A stretch of 42,183 nucleotides of DNA from contig PIVZ01000002.1 of assembly GCA_003354045.1 (NCBI GenBank), positions 1 through 42,183 of the forward strand. The letters run 5' to 3'. The DNA comes from a bacterium (lineage in GTDB: Bacteria > Desulfobacterota > Binatia > UBA1149 > CAITLU01). Shown here piece by piece: positions 40,925 through 42,183 of this stretch (the first letter of the stretch is position 1; every line of letters begins with the position of its first letter). The notes beneath the pieces were generated by a model. It was not told the DNA's origin. It saw nothing but the letters and a program-made list of their open reading frames with translations, and ran no database searches. The position numbers and the translations under genes are program-made.

Positions 40925-41270
40925 CCCCCCCCTCGATATCTAGAGGTGCGTCGGTCGTTACATCCCTCGCTGCCCGGGAGGGAGCGAATGCGGTGCATTC
41001 ACAGGCGACGTTGTTGCAGCCGCTGTTGCGATGCCAAAACCAACTATGTCCGCACTTGCACCGAACGGGCTCCGGCTGCCCCTCCGCAGCAGCGAGGCGC
41101 TTCGGGCAAGCCCATCCTTTGGGGTGGCGAGTTCGGCACTTAGGGCAGTCATCCGGCATTGGTTCTTGCTCCTTGACATTCGTTTGCATCTCAACCACTA
41201 GACGCAGCACCCGAGCGAATGCCTCGCCGAGGTGCGTATCTATCTCGATATCACCTGTCCATGATGTCAT
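40875..41270 (-). CDS. Cys-rich (Zn-finger-like) protein.
   Basis: 131 aa. CPKCRTRHPKGWACP ... CKCGHSWFWHRNSGCNNVACEC. Confidence 0.55.
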   Translation of the reverse strand: MTSWTGDIEIDTHLGEAFARVLRLVVEMQTNVKEQEPMPDDCPKCRTRHPKGWACPKRLAAAEGQPEPVRCKCGHSWFWHRNSGCNNVACECTAFAPSRAARDVTTDAPLDIEGGGDASLPTTSAKRRVCA

Positions 41271-41616
41271 TCTGCACGCGACGCAGGGCAGCCAAGTCAG
41301 TCAAGCCCTCCCCATGAGCGTACTCATTGCCTTTAGACAGTCCCCAGAACGTGTGGCTATCGCCGTCCTGCCGGTAGTCATGGTGGCCTACGACCGCCCA
41401 CCCGGCGTCTTGGAGTTCTCGTCGTAGTTGTGACGTTCTCGCATGAAGCTTGAGGCTTGCGATCTCCTTGTCCCTCTCGGCTAGCTGGGCTTGGAGCTTC
41501 TGGATCTCGATGCCCTGCGCTTCAAGGCTTTGCTCGTAGCTATTACTCAATCCCAATACCATTCTCCCCATCGCTGCAGTGCGCATGACTGTAGGTTGCG
41601 GTTCTCCGTCAGCCAC
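41251..41616 (-). CDS. Coiled-coil protein, a paralogue of the upstream gene; start uncertain.
   Basis: 121 aa. QLAERDKEIASLK parallels QLAERGKEIEGLK in the 41547-41885 product. Confidence 0.5.
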   Translation of the reverse strand: MADGEPQPTVMRTAAMGRMVLGLSNSYEQSLEAQGIEIQKLQAQLAERDKEIASLKLHARTSQLRRELQDAGWAVVGHHDYRQDGDSHTFWGLSKGNEYAHGEGLTDLAALRRVQNDIMDR

Positions 41617-41885
41617 TGGAGTTGAGCCTCTGGTGTAGCGTCGCGAGGTGGCCCCATGACTTGGTATTTATCTGATGGCAATGCACGCCGCTTCAAGCCC
41701 TCGATCTCCTTGCCCCTCTCGGCGAGCTGGACCTCGTATGTGTCGCAGTTGTTGATCTGGTCTGCCAAGTCCTGCCTGAGCGTCGCGGCTTCTACGTCAG
41801 CCTCCCCGAGTTGGGCTTCGAGCCGATCGATCTCGTGTCCGCACTCTTCGTGAGCGTCTCTAGGTTCTTCGTCGAATCCCATCAT
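41547..41885 (-). CDS. Coiled-coil protein.
   Basis: 112 aa. ATG at 41885 with GAGGAG 8 nt upstream. Confidence 0.55.
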   Translation of the reverse strand: MMGFDEEPRDAHEECGHEIDRLEAQLGEADVEAATLRQDLADQINNCDTYEVQLAERGKEIEGLKRRALPSDKYQVMGPPRDATPEAQLQWLTENRNLQSCALQRWGEWYWD

Positions 41886-41937
41886 CAGTCAGTCTCCTCA
41901 CTCAGTAGGGCCGCGCACTCTTCTCGAACCGTCTCCA

Positions 41938-42183
41938 TCACCTCGTGCCGTCGGCAATCCTGCCCTCAAGCCAGTCGAGCGCGTGCAGGTACATGTCCCC
42001 GATCCAGCGCTCTCCGGTGTAGCCCTCGCCCCAATGCTCGCGAGCCTCGGCGATTGTAAGGAAACGGCAGCCTGCGCGTATCCGCCATTCGCCGTCAGCG
42101 CAGAGAACTGCATGCGCAAACGAGTAGCCGCGAGGATCGGCGACCGGCAGTAGATGGAATCCTTTCGCCCTGCGGAGGTCCGC
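41938..42183 (-). CDS. Pentapeptide-repeat protein, 3' (C-terminal) part. 42065-42183 duplicates 1-119.
   Basis: Hand translation across the junction: ...GEWRIRAGC|RFLTIAEAREHWGEGYTGERWIGDMYLHALDWLEGRIADGTR, then TGA at 41940-41938. Confidence 0.8.
   Translation of the reverse strand, partial: ADLRRAKGFHLLPVADPRGYSFAHAVLCADGEWRIRAGCRFLTIAEAREHWGEGYTGERWIGDMYLHALDWLEGRIADGTR
42065..42183. repeat. Terminal overlap, copy B (identical to 1-119).
   Basis: Direct string comparison. Confidence 0.95.

Overview
The window is a complete, circularly closed dsDNA tailed-phage genome of 42,064 bp. Bases 1-119 are repeated exactly at 42065-42183. G+C is roughly 60% by hand counts of individual lines. About 75 tightly packed genes fall into four transcription blocks.

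(i) Rightward late block, 14582-40109: M15 endolysin, TerS, TerL, portal, scaffold and a DUF5309/SU10-type major capsid protein. These are followed, in T7-like order, by tail-tubular A/B-like proteins, internal/ejection proteins (including a separate SLT transglycosylase and a 1105-aa giant), a beta-helix tailspike and an i-/o-spanin pair.

(ii) Leftward early/accessory block, 14467-4372: small Zn-ribbon proteins, two 72-aa Acb2/Tad1-hairpin-like paralogues and an RHH plus CI-like HTH cassette. It also holds a 991-bp ORF-free AT-shifted gap, a Cys-rich GP88-like protein, an amino-DNA-methyltransferase, a Com-like Zn finger, a Mom/XF1762-like GNAT-fold protein and a catalytic-domain-only tyrosine recombinase.

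(iii) Rightward replication/recombination island, 2060-4532: Cro-like HTH, RecA/DnaB-superfamily ATPase and a RusA-like resolvase.

(iv) Leftward block that starts at 2005, runs through the contig junction and ends at 40172: ERF annealase, PD-(D/E)XK exonuclease and a 216-aa pentapeptide-repeat protein that is split by the linearisation point and missing from the ORF track. It continues with coiled-coil paralogues, a Zn-finger protein and a small ORF with a PEP-CTERM-like tail.

I recognised no tRNA, rRNA, CRISPR array, reverse transcriptase, DNA polymerase or RNA polymerase gene. The spanin pair with a lipobox and the PEP-CTERM-like tail point to a high-GC diderm host.

Best candidates for something new:
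- the 1-kb non-coding gap at 10483-11473;
- the junction-spanning pentapeptide-repeat (possible DNA-mimic) gene built from a near-perfect 15-bp tandem array;
- a methyltransferase / Com-like / Mom-like putative DNA-hypermodification operon with a triple CCCGTCT repeat upstream;
- a shared TCTAC-NN-GTAG(A/G) operator-like palindrome at the three main control regions.

All functional calls rest on motifs read by eye and on synteny. No database search was run.
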